This document shows, piece after piece, positions 1-12,006 of a DNA stretch of 64,000 bases (positions are counted from its first letter, which is position 1; the number at the start of each line of letters is the position of its first letter). The DNA lies in the NCBI RefSeq assembly GCF_006345805.1, contig NC_042997.1, positions 146,072,001 through 146,136,000 on the forward strand. Reading direction: 5' to 3'. A program made the translations under genes and the position numbers. The notes under the pieces are model-generated. The model was not told where the DNA came from. It saw nothing but the letters and a program-made list of their open reading frames with translations, and did not search any database. This stretch comes from Octopus sinensis (taxonomy: Eukaryota).

Positions 1-1291
1 CTTTTTTCTTCCTCTCATGCTTTCTATCTGTTACTTTCTGGAAGAAGTAAGCCATGTCTAGGACGTGCCGCGAATCCAAGAGAGGTGGAGGTGTTAAGGC
101 AAGGTATCGTATTTGAGACACTATGTTTGAATAAAAAAGAAACAGGATGTTTACTGGTGTAACAAGAACTGGAATTCAACCACAAAAACATTAACCAAAA
201 GTCACTGTTCACAAATTATATATTTGAGAATGTTTGGTAATGTCTGAAAATGCTATACAGAAATAATGTCAGTTATGTTAAGATTAAAATTGTCTCTTCC
301 TACGTATAACGCATTATCTATTTTTATACGGATTATATCAATTCTATTCTTTGTGCCAAATAAACTGAAATTCTTATCACTAAGCCGTGAACACTTACAA
401 GTCACACAGCTTGGGCAATTCCAATAACAAGCAAGAGTGGGAAGCGCAGTTGAGGAAGAGGCAAACAACTGCAAAATCCGAGGCAACGGCGCTGTTTTAA
501 TCGCCTATTAAATAATTATTTTACTTAAGCTATTCCTGTTCTGAGCAATGGAATGTATGCCACATCTTCCACGAATTCACTAAAAATATAAATTGCGGTA
601 TATGCCTCGTTGTCGAAGATTTTGAAATTAGTAAATTAATCTAACAAGAAATTACTAAAGAAAATAATTAACACATCATTTTTATTATTACTGATGTTGT
701 ATGACGTCGAGGGTCAATGTATTTAATTCTCGTTGGCTTAGTTCAAGAAACTGTATATAGATATATACAATGTTGCGAAGAGTATGGAAACAGAATAATC
801 GGCAAATTGATTCGTTAGGTTATTAAGCTCATCCTTCTCACAGAACTGCACCAGGATAAAATTACTAACACTCACGATTTTTAACACACTCATACTGATG
901 TTTAACACGCTTACATGCACACAAACGCAAACACATTCTGTCATACACACGTATACACAATAGCGAAATTACGCGCGCGCGAGCGCACACACACACACAC
1001 ACAAACATACACACAGTTGTATATGCCAAAAATGAATCAACAATAATTCAGTTTTTATTCAGCTGTTATATCAAAGAAATATTTATACCCTAATCTGTAT
1101 TAAACTTATGGGGTCGATAAAATAAATATCAGTTGGATACTGGGATCGATGAAATTGACGGCCCTGTGCCAAAATTTGAAACCAATAACAAAGCCGAATT
1201 AATTTGACATTACACTTCTATATTTAAGAGATGAAGGATTATGTGCATTATTTACATTCAACGGATATTTGTCGTCATCTTGTTTGTTGTT

Positions 1292-1337
1292 AACACAACG
1301 TTTCGGCTGATATACCCTACAGCCTTCTTCAGGTGTC
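1292..1337 (-). ncRNA. Minimal type-I hammerhead ribozyme motif (same strand as the integrin transcript)
   Basis: Inverted copy of 1604-1649 with intact core and stems. Confidence 0.6.
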
Positions 1338-1603
1338 TTGGGGGAAATTTCGAACCTGGATTTTCATTCCTAAGGTATTTTTCGATGTTATTATTATTGC
1401 TTGGAATCGAACTCGGAATCTTGGAGTTAGTATTCCAAGCTCTTAACCACTACGCTATATGCCCACGCGCATATGGCGTAGTGGTTAAGAGCGCAGCTAC
1501 TAACCCCAAGATTCCGAGTTCGATTCCATGCAGTGACCTGAACAATAATAATAACATCGAAAAATACCTTAGGAATGAGAACCCAGGTTCGAAATTTCCC
1601 CAA

Positions 1604-1649
1604 GACACCTGAAGAAGGCTGGAGGGTATATCAGCCGAAACGTTGTGTT
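1604..1649 (+). ncRNA. Minimal type-I hammerhead ribozyme motif
   Basis: GACAC-CTGAAGA-A-GGCTG(loop)CAGCC-GAAA-CGT-T-GTGTT: stem I, core, stem II and palindromic ACGT stem III. Confidence 0.6.
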
Positions 1650-1887
1650 AACAACAAACAAGATGACGACAAATATCCGCGGAATGTAAATAATGCGAAT
1701 TTGACATTTTTGGCCTACTCCGTCTTCTAAAATGTTTAATCTTGTGCTGTTGGGAGGAAATATTTAACGGTTGTTAGAAACTTAAAGTTTTCATGATAAT
1801 GATTTTACAGTAAAATCGAAATGATTGAAGTAACCCCTCCCCACACACACATAAATTGAGAGTAACAAAAATGGTTATTTGAAGATA

Positions 1888-1893
1888 TTTATT
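1888..1893 (-). promoter_or_regulatory. Candidate proximal polyadenylation signal AATAAA
   Basis: AATAAA about 19 nt after the stop codon; more distal AATAAA at about 1054-1059 and 681-686. In AT-rich DNA this could be chance. Confidence 0.3.
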
Positions 1894-1911
1894 TAGAAAA
1901 TTCAAAAAACC

Positions 1912-1980
1912 TCAATCCATTTTTTTAAACGCTGGATTCACATGTTCAGTTGTAGCTGGCTGGAATAACGGGTTCGTTTG
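1912..1980 (-). CDS. ITGB: Exon 23, cytoplasmic tail (QTNPLFQPATTEHVNPAFKKMD-stop)
   Basis: ttttattcag acceptor; two NPx(F) motifs with an 8-aa spacer; TGA stop at 1914-1912. Confidence 0.96.
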   Translation of the reverse strand, partial: QTNPLFQPATTEHVNPAFKKMD

Positions 1981-2026
1981 CTGAATAAAATAACAAAATA
2001 ATTTATGAATACATGAACGTAATATA

Positions 2027-2088
<62 letters not shown>

Positions 2089-2089
2089 A

Positions 2090-2127
<38 letters not shown>

Positions 2128-2399
2128 GTGCATGCGCGCATGTGTGTGAATATAATATAAATTCAGATAGGGTGTCAGTAACTGTGTATCCTACTTATAA
2201 GTCTACTGTTAACGTACATCTCAAGTAGAATCAACATGATAGCATGTGAAAAGACTGGACCTTTGTTTTGTACACGGCTGTTCCCCAGCATCGCCGCAGT
2301 CTAATGACCGAAACAAGTACAAGATAAAAATTGATGTGATGGGCTTCTGCACACATTTTTTCAACTCGTTTTTACTAACGACGTTTGGGTTGTCTGAAA

Positions 2400-2720
2400 A
2401 AACGATAAATATCGCCCTTTTCAAGCCTAGCTAGGCTCATGAGCCCGATTTCCCGGTTTCTGTGGTGTATGTGTTCCCCCCACCCCAGCTGGACGGGACA
2501 CCGGTCCATCGCAGCGTTACTTAAGAAACAGGAAGAGAGAGTGAGAGAAAGTTGTGGCGAAAGAGTACAACAGGGGTCACCACCACCCCCTGCTGGGGCC
2601 TCGTGTAGCTTCTAGGTGTTTTCGCTCAATAAACACACACAACGCCCGGTCTGGGAATCGAAACCGCGATCCTTCGACCGCGATTCCGCTGCCCTAACCA
2701 CTGGGCCATCGCACCTCCAC
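2400..2720 (-). mobile_element. tRNA-derived SINE with 15-bp TSD
   Basis: tRNA-like head near 2640-2715; TTGGGTTGTCTGAAA repeated at 2385-2399 and 2721-2735. Confidence 0.75.
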
Positions 2721-2762
2721 TTGGGTTGTCTGAAAGGCGTAGTAAAATATACCTCTGTAATA

Positions 2763-2822
<60 letters not shown>

Positions 2823-3178
2823 CGTACCATTCTGTGATAGTGAGATTAGGGAAAAAAAACTAAAAGTACTCCATCTGCTGAGAGATAAATATATATATAT
2901 ATATTAATGTTTATATCATTAAATATATTACACAGTACTACCAAAATTCGATTATTTAGAGGTTTCAGGCAAAGAAAGTTCCAATCTAGTTTCTTATATA
3001 GAAAATCAATCTTTTAGTACTAGAATCGAATTATGCAAATATTAATATTTTCTAAAGATTTTCATGTGATTCTTTATCATTAAAAATTATCATAAATTCT
3101 TCAGAAATTCAAAGTAATTCTGTATGCCTCAACACTGATCTGTTCATTTCTTCCTTGGAAATCTGCTTTACGTTTTTC

Positions 3179-3262
<84 letters not shown>

Positions 3263-4264
3263 AATATAGATAGAGAGAGAGAGGAGAATTCAGAGAATTA
3301 ACAAGGAAAATATACATACATAGAAACGTAATATAAGTAATATTCAGCTGCAGATTTAATGAAAATTTCTACAAGGTGCAATAAAGAAATTGGTAATCAG
3401 TAAAATTTCAGCATTCTTCAATAACATATATATTATATTTGTACCAAGTGACATGAAGCAAAAGGCGTGCGGTCTAGTGGTTACGGTATTGTACGTACGA
3501 TCACAAGTTGATAGTTGCGGTTACTAAGCCGGATGGCGCGTTGCGCTCTGTGAGCGCAATACTTCATTTCACGTTACTACGGTTTACACAACTGTAAATA
3601 GCAAACCCATTCAGAAGGAATGCTGCAATTTCGGCCGTTTCGACGCCATGGAAGCCGGTTAAACCAAGAATTCATAGGGACTCGGGACAGTAATTTCAAG
3701 AGGAGGGAGAAGAGAATGATGATGATGATGATACGAAATTTGTGTTTGTATGTATGTGTGTGTGTGTGTGAGGAGGTACGTGTCTATAACTGCTCTAATT
3801 TGTTTGTGTGTTGAAATGTTCATCCCTCGAATTTGAGGCTTCTCGCCTCTTAAAGCTCGACCAATATTTATTTTTGTAGTTGAAACCCTCACTGGAAATC
3901 TGTTTATAGTGTTCCAGTAGAGAAATTTTGATTTCCTTACGTTACCCAATTGCCGTAAGGGGATAATTGGAAATATATCGAATACAATTACTTGTCGACG
4001 CAAGTAAAAAAAAAAAATATTTCAAAACCCAGTTTTGTACGATATGACAAGAGATAATGATAGAGACCAGAATATTTAGAGAGAATTTGTAGTGGTGTAG
4101 CAGACTGAGTAGATTAAATTTAAACAAAACAAAAATAAGGTGAGAGAAATAACTCAGACAGGTCAGTGGCATGTATTTGAACTACATACATGAATATAGG
4201 TATATCAAATGCCATACATCGCAGATTATTGATTTATTAAAATTACCTCCGCCTTCAGAGGATA

Positions 4265-4592
4265 ACTCTGGCACTCCGCCGTTTACTATGACGAGGGTTT
4301 CAGTTGATCTGATCAACCGAACAACCTGCTCGTGAAGTTAACGTGCAAGTGGCTGAGCACTCCGCAGACATGTGTACTCTTAACGTAGTTCTCAAGGAGA
4401 TTCAGCGTGACACAGAGTATGACAAGGCTGGTCCTTTGAAATACAGGTACTACTCATTTGTGCCAGCTGAGTGAACTGGGGCAACGTGAAATATAGCGTC
4501 TTGCTCAAGGATACAACGCATCGCCGTGAATTGAACTCACGACCTAACGATCGTGAGCCGAATATCCTAACCACTATACCACACGCCTTCAA
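4265..4592 (-). mobile_element. tRNA-derived SINE (family C, shared central domain)
   Basis: tRNA-like head at the right end; central CTTGAGCAAG...CCAGT.CACTCAGCT segment shared with 40370-40572 and 52880-53112. Confidence 0.7.
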
Positions 4593-4610
4593 TCCTTCGG
4601 AAGCTATATC

Positions 4611-4822
4611 CTTTCTATTATAGGCACAAGGCCTAAAATTTGGGGGAGGAGGACAGTCGATTACATCGACCCCAGTACTCGACTGGTACTTAACTTATCG
4701 ACCCCGAAAAGATGAAAAGTAAAGTTGACCTCGGTGGAATTTGAACTCAGAACGTAATGACGGGAGAAATACCACTTGGCATTTCGCCCGACGTGCTCAC
4801 GAGTCTACCAGCTCACCGCCTT
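4611..4822 (-). mobile_element. SINE family A
   Basis: Matches the GGCGGCGAGCTGGCAG...TTCTGAGTTCAAATTCCGCCGAGGTCGAC...GGGGTCGAT consensus seen many times in this window. Confidence 0.85.
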
Positions 4823-5359
4823 ACTTCGGAAGATATATCGGATAAATGTACTACTGACGGCTATTAAGCAAGAAGCACTTGCTCTCGACTGTCTTCGTGC
4901 TTCCAGGCAATAGCCTCTCTTTTCCTTAATAGCATATCAACTATAGAGAAGCTTTGAATCCTGAGCTTATCTCTCATTCTCAAGTGGAACTGATCTTAAC
5001 GGCCCTTGGATTATTATGACTCTACTCTAGAACACAGGTAACTTTGAGAAATCGAGTATTTCTCTTTATGGTGTTTGATATGCCTGTATCTGTCTATATA
5101 AATGAAATTTACTCTTGTATTGTTTCACCGTTTTCAACTTAAAGTCTTCTGGAATAAATATATGTTCGATAAAATAAGCATCTCTAATATACTAAATCTT
5201 ATTCGGTCTTGGATGATTGTCTTTGTCATCAACAAAGAATCAACGTGTATATAAAAATCCTTCCAAGTAGTCATTTGGGCATATTTTATAAAACGAAAAA
5301 TAGGAATTGTAACATTTAGGTACAACGAAAGTAAAATGAATTTTGAATATTATACTTAC

Positions 5360-5526
5360 TGTGTTCCAAACAGCATCTGTACGTTCTTTTCTGAATCGTG
5401 CCATTTCGCGATAATCCAGGGACATACTGACAAGCTTCCATAATAATAGCAGTATAATCCCAACAGCAAGTATACCGCCGATTATACCACCGATTAGCTT
5501 TGTTTTATCACGTTTTTTCGTGCATT
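5360..5526 (-). CDS. ITGB: Exon 22, transmembrane and proximal tail (CTKKRDKTKLIGGIIGGILAVGIILLLLWKLVSMSLDYREMARFRKERTDAVWNT)
   Basis: ttttcag/GTAAGT; TM helix ending in WK; DxRE..+F.KE...W motif. Confidence 0.97.
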
Positions 5527-6684
5527 CTGAAAACGTAAAGGAAAGAATATTTGTGAGCTACTTAGAGAAGAAATGACTAACATATGGGCAAGGAGTAAGT
5601 GAAAGGGTTTTCATATATTTTTAAATCGGGTGCCTTATTAAAATAGTACAGGAAATACCTTTTTTGTGAAAGAGAACTAAATACTAAAAGTTATTTAATC
5701 TAACATTTTGTTTCTTCTCTTATGATACAGTATTTGATATATATAATGTGTTTTCGCATTCTTTAAGTATGATTACTATTTGCTTTAAAATACATTTCGC
5801 TGTTATTTTGAGCAATTAAGTGCTTAATGGATGTTCTTTTGTCACCACGTTGATTTAGATGTTATATATTTCATAAGTATTAAAACATTTTTTGTGTATC
5901 TAGTGCTACGTAATCCACTAAGTCATAGTCTCAGAGGAAATCAGCTGCTATTTCTGACAGATTTAGCGGACGCACAGAAACTTGCCTGACTTAATTTGTG
6001 ACATGTGCTACAAAAACGACAGCTTCCGATCAAAAATCCATTGAAGCGATATGAAAACTACTTTAAAATAGCTTTTGATTGGAGGATGTATTGTGGCTTT
6101 TGCCTGAAAAATCCAGAACATTTTCAAAATTTAATGAAATATTTGAATACCCTAATGCACAATGATCCTTTATTGAAATGAAATTTTAATCACTGTTCCT
6201 CTCTTAAATGATTTCAGATAAAAACCAATCGGGATAATGTGCAATTAAATCTAGAGCTTTAAAGTAATGAGTTGAGAGAATGATATAAAAAATATTTTCA
6301 CGCTCCCTGAAAGGCGTTTCATAATTGTACGATTATTATAAAAACTGTAAATTTATCAATTTCATAATTTATTTACTGTGATGAAAATTACTTTCTCAGT
6401 AATGAATTCTATTTTAATATATTTTAAAATTTTAACTTTATTTTCTTCGATTAACGGATTCATCCGAAATCAATGCATTCGCTGAGGCATTTTGAAAGAG
6501 GATCATTAAAAAGTAACATCCTTTGTGTTACATAATGATGTATATTGGTTATTCGATAATAGATTAACTGCTCTTATTGCAAATGATAAAATAATCTTAA
6601 AATATAGGAGAAATACTAAAAAATATAAAGATTGTTCTTTATGTTAGTATACAAATCAATAGGCAAAATATCTTGTTATATATA

Positions 6685-6895
6685 TTAGTTTCAAATTTTG
6701 GCTCAAGGACAGCAATTTCGGGGTAGTGGGTAAGTTGTTTGCATCGATCCCAATGTTCAACTTCTACTTCTTTTATCGAAAAATGAAAGGCAAAGTCGAC
6801 CCCAACGGAATTTGGACTCGGAACGTAAAGACAGACTAAATGCCACTAAGCATTTTGCCCAACATGCTAAACATTTCGTCAGCTCGTCAACTTTA
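6685..6895 (-). mobile_element. SINE family A (diverged)
   Basis: Same consensus blocks; related copies at about 7608-7822 and 9078-9230. Confidence 0.75.
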
Positions 6896-6900
6896 TCTTG

Positions 6901-6949
<49 letters not shown>

Positions 6950-8084
6950 AGAGAGACAAAGTTGGCTATGGCGGGATTTGAACTCAGAACACAAAAAGTA
7001 ATTTTTTCTTTCTTCTCCCCATCGAGATCTCCAACTACCCTGCCAAGCTACTTCACTAATTTTAATATATAATAGAAGGTATCACTCTGTCTCCTAATGT
7101 AGATACGACTGTTATTTATACAAATAAAATATTTGATATCTTCTCTCGATAACATAGCCAATGCTACACGGCAGAACATAAAGTTATGATTTATAACAAT
7201 ATCAATATCAAATAGACAAATATTCCACCATATAATATTACGTATAACGGATAAATAACTTTCTTTTAATTTATGATTCTATATTCATTCCAAGTGAGTT
7301 GCTGCTGTTTACACGAGGTCATCACTTTTCAAATTGACATGACCATGTCGTCTGATTTTCAGAGATTGTATACAGGGCTATTAAATATATCGTGACAATT
7401 TCCTTTCTTTACGATAATAGTATGTGTTCAGAAGAGAATTCAACTGCTCTTCCTTGCAGGTCAACAGCACACACAGAAGGTCTCTCTCTCTCTTCTCTCT
7501 CTCTCTCTCTGCAGACTTCGAATGAATATATACATTAGGGCTAATAAAATCGTTCAGTTAGCATTTTTAAAGCACTATGTTCAGATAAATGAAAATAAAC
7601 CTTAATAATATTGGTTACAAATTTTGGCACAAAGGGCAGTAATTTCGGGGCGGGTTAAGTCGATTACATCGTCCCCATTTCTCAACAGGTACTTATTTTA
7701 TCAATCCTAAAAGGGATGAAAGGCAAAGGCGACCTCGGCGGAATTTGAACGCGGGACGTAAAGACGGATAAAATGTCGCTAAGCATTTTGCTCGGCATAA
7801 TAACGATTCTGCTAGCTTGCCTTCTTTATATTCTTTTCTACTCTATGCAGAAGCAATCTTCTTACCTCACAGCCACCCGTACCCCATGTAGAAGATTCCT
7901 CATTGGTTGCTACATGAAGTGTCAAATGTCAACATAGTTTGCCTCAGTTCGAGTACTCTGAAGAGTATAGTTTGCTGAGCCATGAGTTCCATGATGCTAA
8001 ATAGCCGATATATAATCCCCGAAGACGAAATCTACTGTGGTTACTATACGACCATAAGAGTTATAAGGTTTACCAAATACGTAC

Positions 8085-8186
8085 TGTCCTTTTTACGAAT
8101 TTTCAGAAACTCCATTCCGTTTTCGATCACACATTTGTATTCTATGACACACAGCTCATTTATGAGCTTGCATAGTTTACCAGTCA
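8085..8186 (-). CDS. ITGB: Exon 21, beta-tail domain (TGKLCKLINELCVIEYKCVIENGMEFLKIRKKD)
   Basis: T-rich tract ending aacacag, donor GTACGT; phase 1-1. Confidence 0.9.
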
Positions 8187-9380
8187 CTGTGTTAGGAAAA
8201 AAAATCGAATAGAGAAAAATTATATAGTTACATATTGTTTAGTGCAGAAACTATTTGTTTCCGCTATACTTAGGGGAGCAAACGAAAAATTAAGCCCGTG
8301 AAATAACATCGGTAACAAGAAAGAAAAGAAAATAATGTTAATAAAAATTATTGACTCGGGATACAAAGGAAGAACGTTTTAAAAATCTGACAAAATACCC
8401 AATTCCAGGTAATATGAATTTAAATAATTTTACGGTTGTTACTGTTACTGTTCAGCTTTTGTTCAGGCCTAATCCAGATCTATTATCAAAGAAATAATCA
8501 CCCCGTTTTCGATGCTGTATTGTGTACCATTGATGACAATAATAAATATCTCGTTTTTCTTTTTTATTTGGTAGGGGCTCACTTTGAGGGTCTTTTAACT
8601 GATATTCATAGCAGGTCAAATAAATACACAGAAGCCTTCTCGTTGGTTCGTCGAATCTGGTTTGGAGTCATTAGGTTCTTGCTGAGCTCCCATGTCCCTT
8701 GGCGTAGTCAAAACAATAATGAAACATTTCACCAAACAATACGTACCCAGGACAATATTATCCCCTAATAGTACGAGGCTTGGCTGTTTATTGCAATTCA
8801 AATGGCCACGTAGAAGCTTCTTCGTTCGATAATCATGAAATGTTTACAATTATGTAAGCGCCCACCCTAAGGTTTTATAAGTAACCTAAGATTTCCACTG
8901 AAATATACTTCATAAATCCTTTAATTAGCTATAAGTTAAAAACTGTTCGTATCATTGTAATATTCATATTGCTTGCCTTGTACACGTCAGTAATTACATT
9001 AAAACTATACAGTTTGACTGTCAAACATACACCACCAGAATAAAATCCTTAGATTGAATATGATAATCAGAAGGTAATATTGGTTTCAAATTTTGGCACA
9101 AGGCCAGAAATTTCGGGGGAGTGGTTAAGTCGCTTACATCGACCCCAATGTTCAACTGGTACTTATTTTATCGGACAAACTACTGCTAAACATTTTCCCA
9201 GCGTATTCGCGATTCTGCGAGCTCACCGTTTTATATGGAGATAATATTCGAAACTGATAACATCAAGCTAATTCAAAATTGCGGCATTTCAATCATTAGA
9301 CGTTTGATTTCGAAATCATTTTACAATATGCTTTGCTTTATATTTTTCCGATGACAGAATTAATTAATTGTAAGAAATAC

Positions 9381-9504
9381 CTTTGTCTAAAGAGTCAACT
9401 TCTTCGAATAGCATATCTTTGCACTTGGTGTAACACTCTGATGTATTTTTGGATTTTGCACACAACATACAATCCAAATTGACTGGACACTTATTCAAAC
9501 ATGT
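9381..9504 (-). CDS. ITGB: Exon 20, beta-tail domain (TCLNKCPVNLDCMLCAKSKNTSECYTKCKDMLFEEVDSLDK)
   Basis: tttacag/GTATTT; C-x3-C-x5-C-x2-C pattern; phase 0-1. Confidence 0.94.
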
Positions 9505-10550
9505 CTGTAAAGAATTTGATTAAAAGATTAATAGGAATTAATTCAGAAATTCCGTGATACGAAAAAAAAAACTTATTTTAGGCGACATATTAAGATCCAT
9601 CAAAACATTTCAATCTAAACTTCGGAAAGGTTAAGCTATTTTATTGACTTGTTGAGTACATCTGGAAACTTGTAGGATGTGAAACTGATGGAATCCATCC
9701 CTATCCAACCAACAATTATGAAACCATTCGAGAGCGGCAACCTCATACAACAGTACATTCATTAGTTATGCTGTGGTTCCTTACGACACATAGTCCTTAA
9801 TATTTTTATTCATGTTACAGCACTAGGTAAAAAAGAAAATCACTATACTTAAGGTATATGTCTCTAATTATTACGTCTCACATGTCGTTACTAAACAGAC
9901 TTGCTGCTATTAAACCATTGCAATATGATGGATATGATATTATACAATCGCTGTTTTGCAATCATTTCAATAACACTTCATGTGACACAGCATTGTGAAG
10001 CAAGTTTTCATTCCAAGTCGGTTATTCTTCTAAAAATACATTATCTGTCGCAGCTTCCCCATTCTGATTATCTTCAAATGAATTTGCTGTACATATTGAG
10101 GTTGCTGACCTACAACTCATTTCTGAGTAGATTTATGCAAAAGTTGTGATTTTCTCATTTATGTTTCAGGACTATATCATTCTAAATATCCATTTCTCTT
10201 TTCCATTTTATGATAACAGGATGTAATTGAAGTGTGATTTCGATGTTAATAGAAGCGAATTAAACGACCGCATGAGGCTTTCCTCTCTTTTGGCCTGAAC
10301 ACTTTGTAGATAATTGTTTTATCAACTTATATATCTTCGTTTGGTTGAAGCGCCTTGCTCAAGGAAACGTTGTGCACCAAAAATCGAACATACGACCTTA
10401 TATTATTGATCCTAATACCCTGATAACTATGCTACACACTTTGGCAGTTATATGGGGTCAGAATATTATTAGAAAAGGTATATAACTGAATGTTCAGGTG
10501 TACATTCGTAGTGTAGTTTTTCTCTGTACCAATCATTGTTTTAGTAGAGG

Positions 10551-10852
10551 TACGTGGCCGAGTGGTTAGAGCGACAGACTCGCTGTCGAAGGATCGCTGG
10601 TTCGAATCTCAGATCATGCGATGTGTGTGTTTATGAGCGAAACACCTAAGCATCACGCGGCTCTGGCGGAAGGTAATGGCGAACTTCTCCCGACTCTTTT
10701 GCCACAACATTCACTCACTTTTTCCACCTGCGTCTAGCAGCTCACCTGCGACGGACTGACGTCTTGTCCAGATGCAGAACCTATACGCCAATGAAACTGG
10801 GAAACCGGCCCTTATGAGTCAGGCTTGGCTCGAGAAGGAACATACAACAACA
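10551..10852 (+). mobile_element. tRNA-derived SINE related to the 2400-2720 copy
   Basis: GTGGCCGAGTGGTTAGAGCG A-box, GGTTCGAATCTC B-box, shared 3' GAAACCGGCCCTTATGAG segment. Confidence 0.7.
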
Positions 10853-11913
10853 ATCATGGCTTTATTCTTATTTAAACGCAGTGCAGGACTGATCAAACAG
10901 AACTATGATAACGAATAAGTTCTAGGCTTGATTATCTTTTTTTATTGGCTCCAGACTATATTATCTGATATGTCATATCATTCTTAAAATAAAAGTGAGA
11001 TATCTTTTTGAGTGTGATTTGACCACAATATTCAGCAGGCGGAGTTACAAGGTAGAGGATACTCCGGTCTGTTTATAAATAGCAAATGAATTTCCCTCAA
11101 ATCTCATCCTACCAGTTGAAAATATCGAAGGAAACAATATATTGAATAGTATGGCCTTAGAAAGACTATATTGGATTGGATGGCCACGGCTGCAATGACT
11201 TTGCTCATTTGTCTGTTCAGTAAGTTGATTTTTTGATGCGTTTTATTTTCCACGTTACTTAATATGTGTTTTGACTATTATTGCATTAAAAGGGTCTATT
11301 TTTTCATATAAACTCTTAATGCAGTTAAATGAGGGCGCAGGAGATTAATAAACGCTTTTGTTAAGACTTAGTCTCAGGAGAAATTTAAATACCAAATCTT
11401 CTATGACGAGATAATGACTCTAATAATAAAACAAAGATAGCCTATTAAAAAATATAACACTCATAATAATGTCGCCGATGAAGAGTATTTGTCATTAATG
11501 ATATTAATGAATACTAATTGACACTAATGATACTAACGTGGAATAATTAGCTTTAATGGATAGAATTGTTCACTAAATGTATTAAAAACACACAAGGGAA
11601 TCAAAATCTAATTTAAAGTAAACTGAAGATAACACATCTGCCATTATATTTTTAATACGAGTGCAGCGAACATTTGGTTAGCCTGAAAGACTACTTTTAA
11701 ACTTCAAATGCTTGTAGTTAAGAAGCGAATGATCTTAATTCACAAAAGAAGAATGTGAGTTGAATGAGATTTAGTTGCAATTATGGCACATATAACTGGA
11801 TAGTGTTAATGAACGGTAGACAATAGATTTAGATGATTTAAAACGATTTGAACATGGAAATATTGAACTAAAAAATTTGACTGACGCAAGAGTAAAATAT
11901 GCAAGTGACTTAC

Positions 11914-12006
11914 TGAAGGAATTTCACATGTCGGGCCCGTGTAACCAGAGGTAGAATCACAGGTACACACACCGCACGAACAGCTTCCGTGATTATTACA
12001 TATTGT
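11914..12006 (-). CDS. ITGB: Exon 19, I-EGF4 (TICNNHGSCSCGVCTCDSTSGYTGPTCEIPS)
   Basis: ttgacag/GTAAGT; phase 0-0. Confidence 0.96.

Larger units (their letters stand above)
1212..1697. mobile_element. Head-to-head palindromic dimer of a tRNA-headed SINE-like element
   Basis: Arms about 1245-1462 and 1469-1696 are inverted copies. A-box TGGCGTAGTGG and B-box GAGTTCGATTCC present. 11-bp direct repeat AATTTGACATT at 1201-1211 and 1698-1708. Confidence 0.8.

Noticed and set aside
1469-1530. tRNA genes (here and at about 2640-2715, 10551-10620 and other SINE heads)
   Set aside because: A/B boxes are present but there is no complete cloverleaf or acceptor stem; they continue into SINE bodies.
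10000-10130. Cys-containing frame (MSCRSATSICT...) between exons 19 and 20
   Set aside because: Runs into a stop, has no EGF spacing, and exons 19-20 already join in phase.
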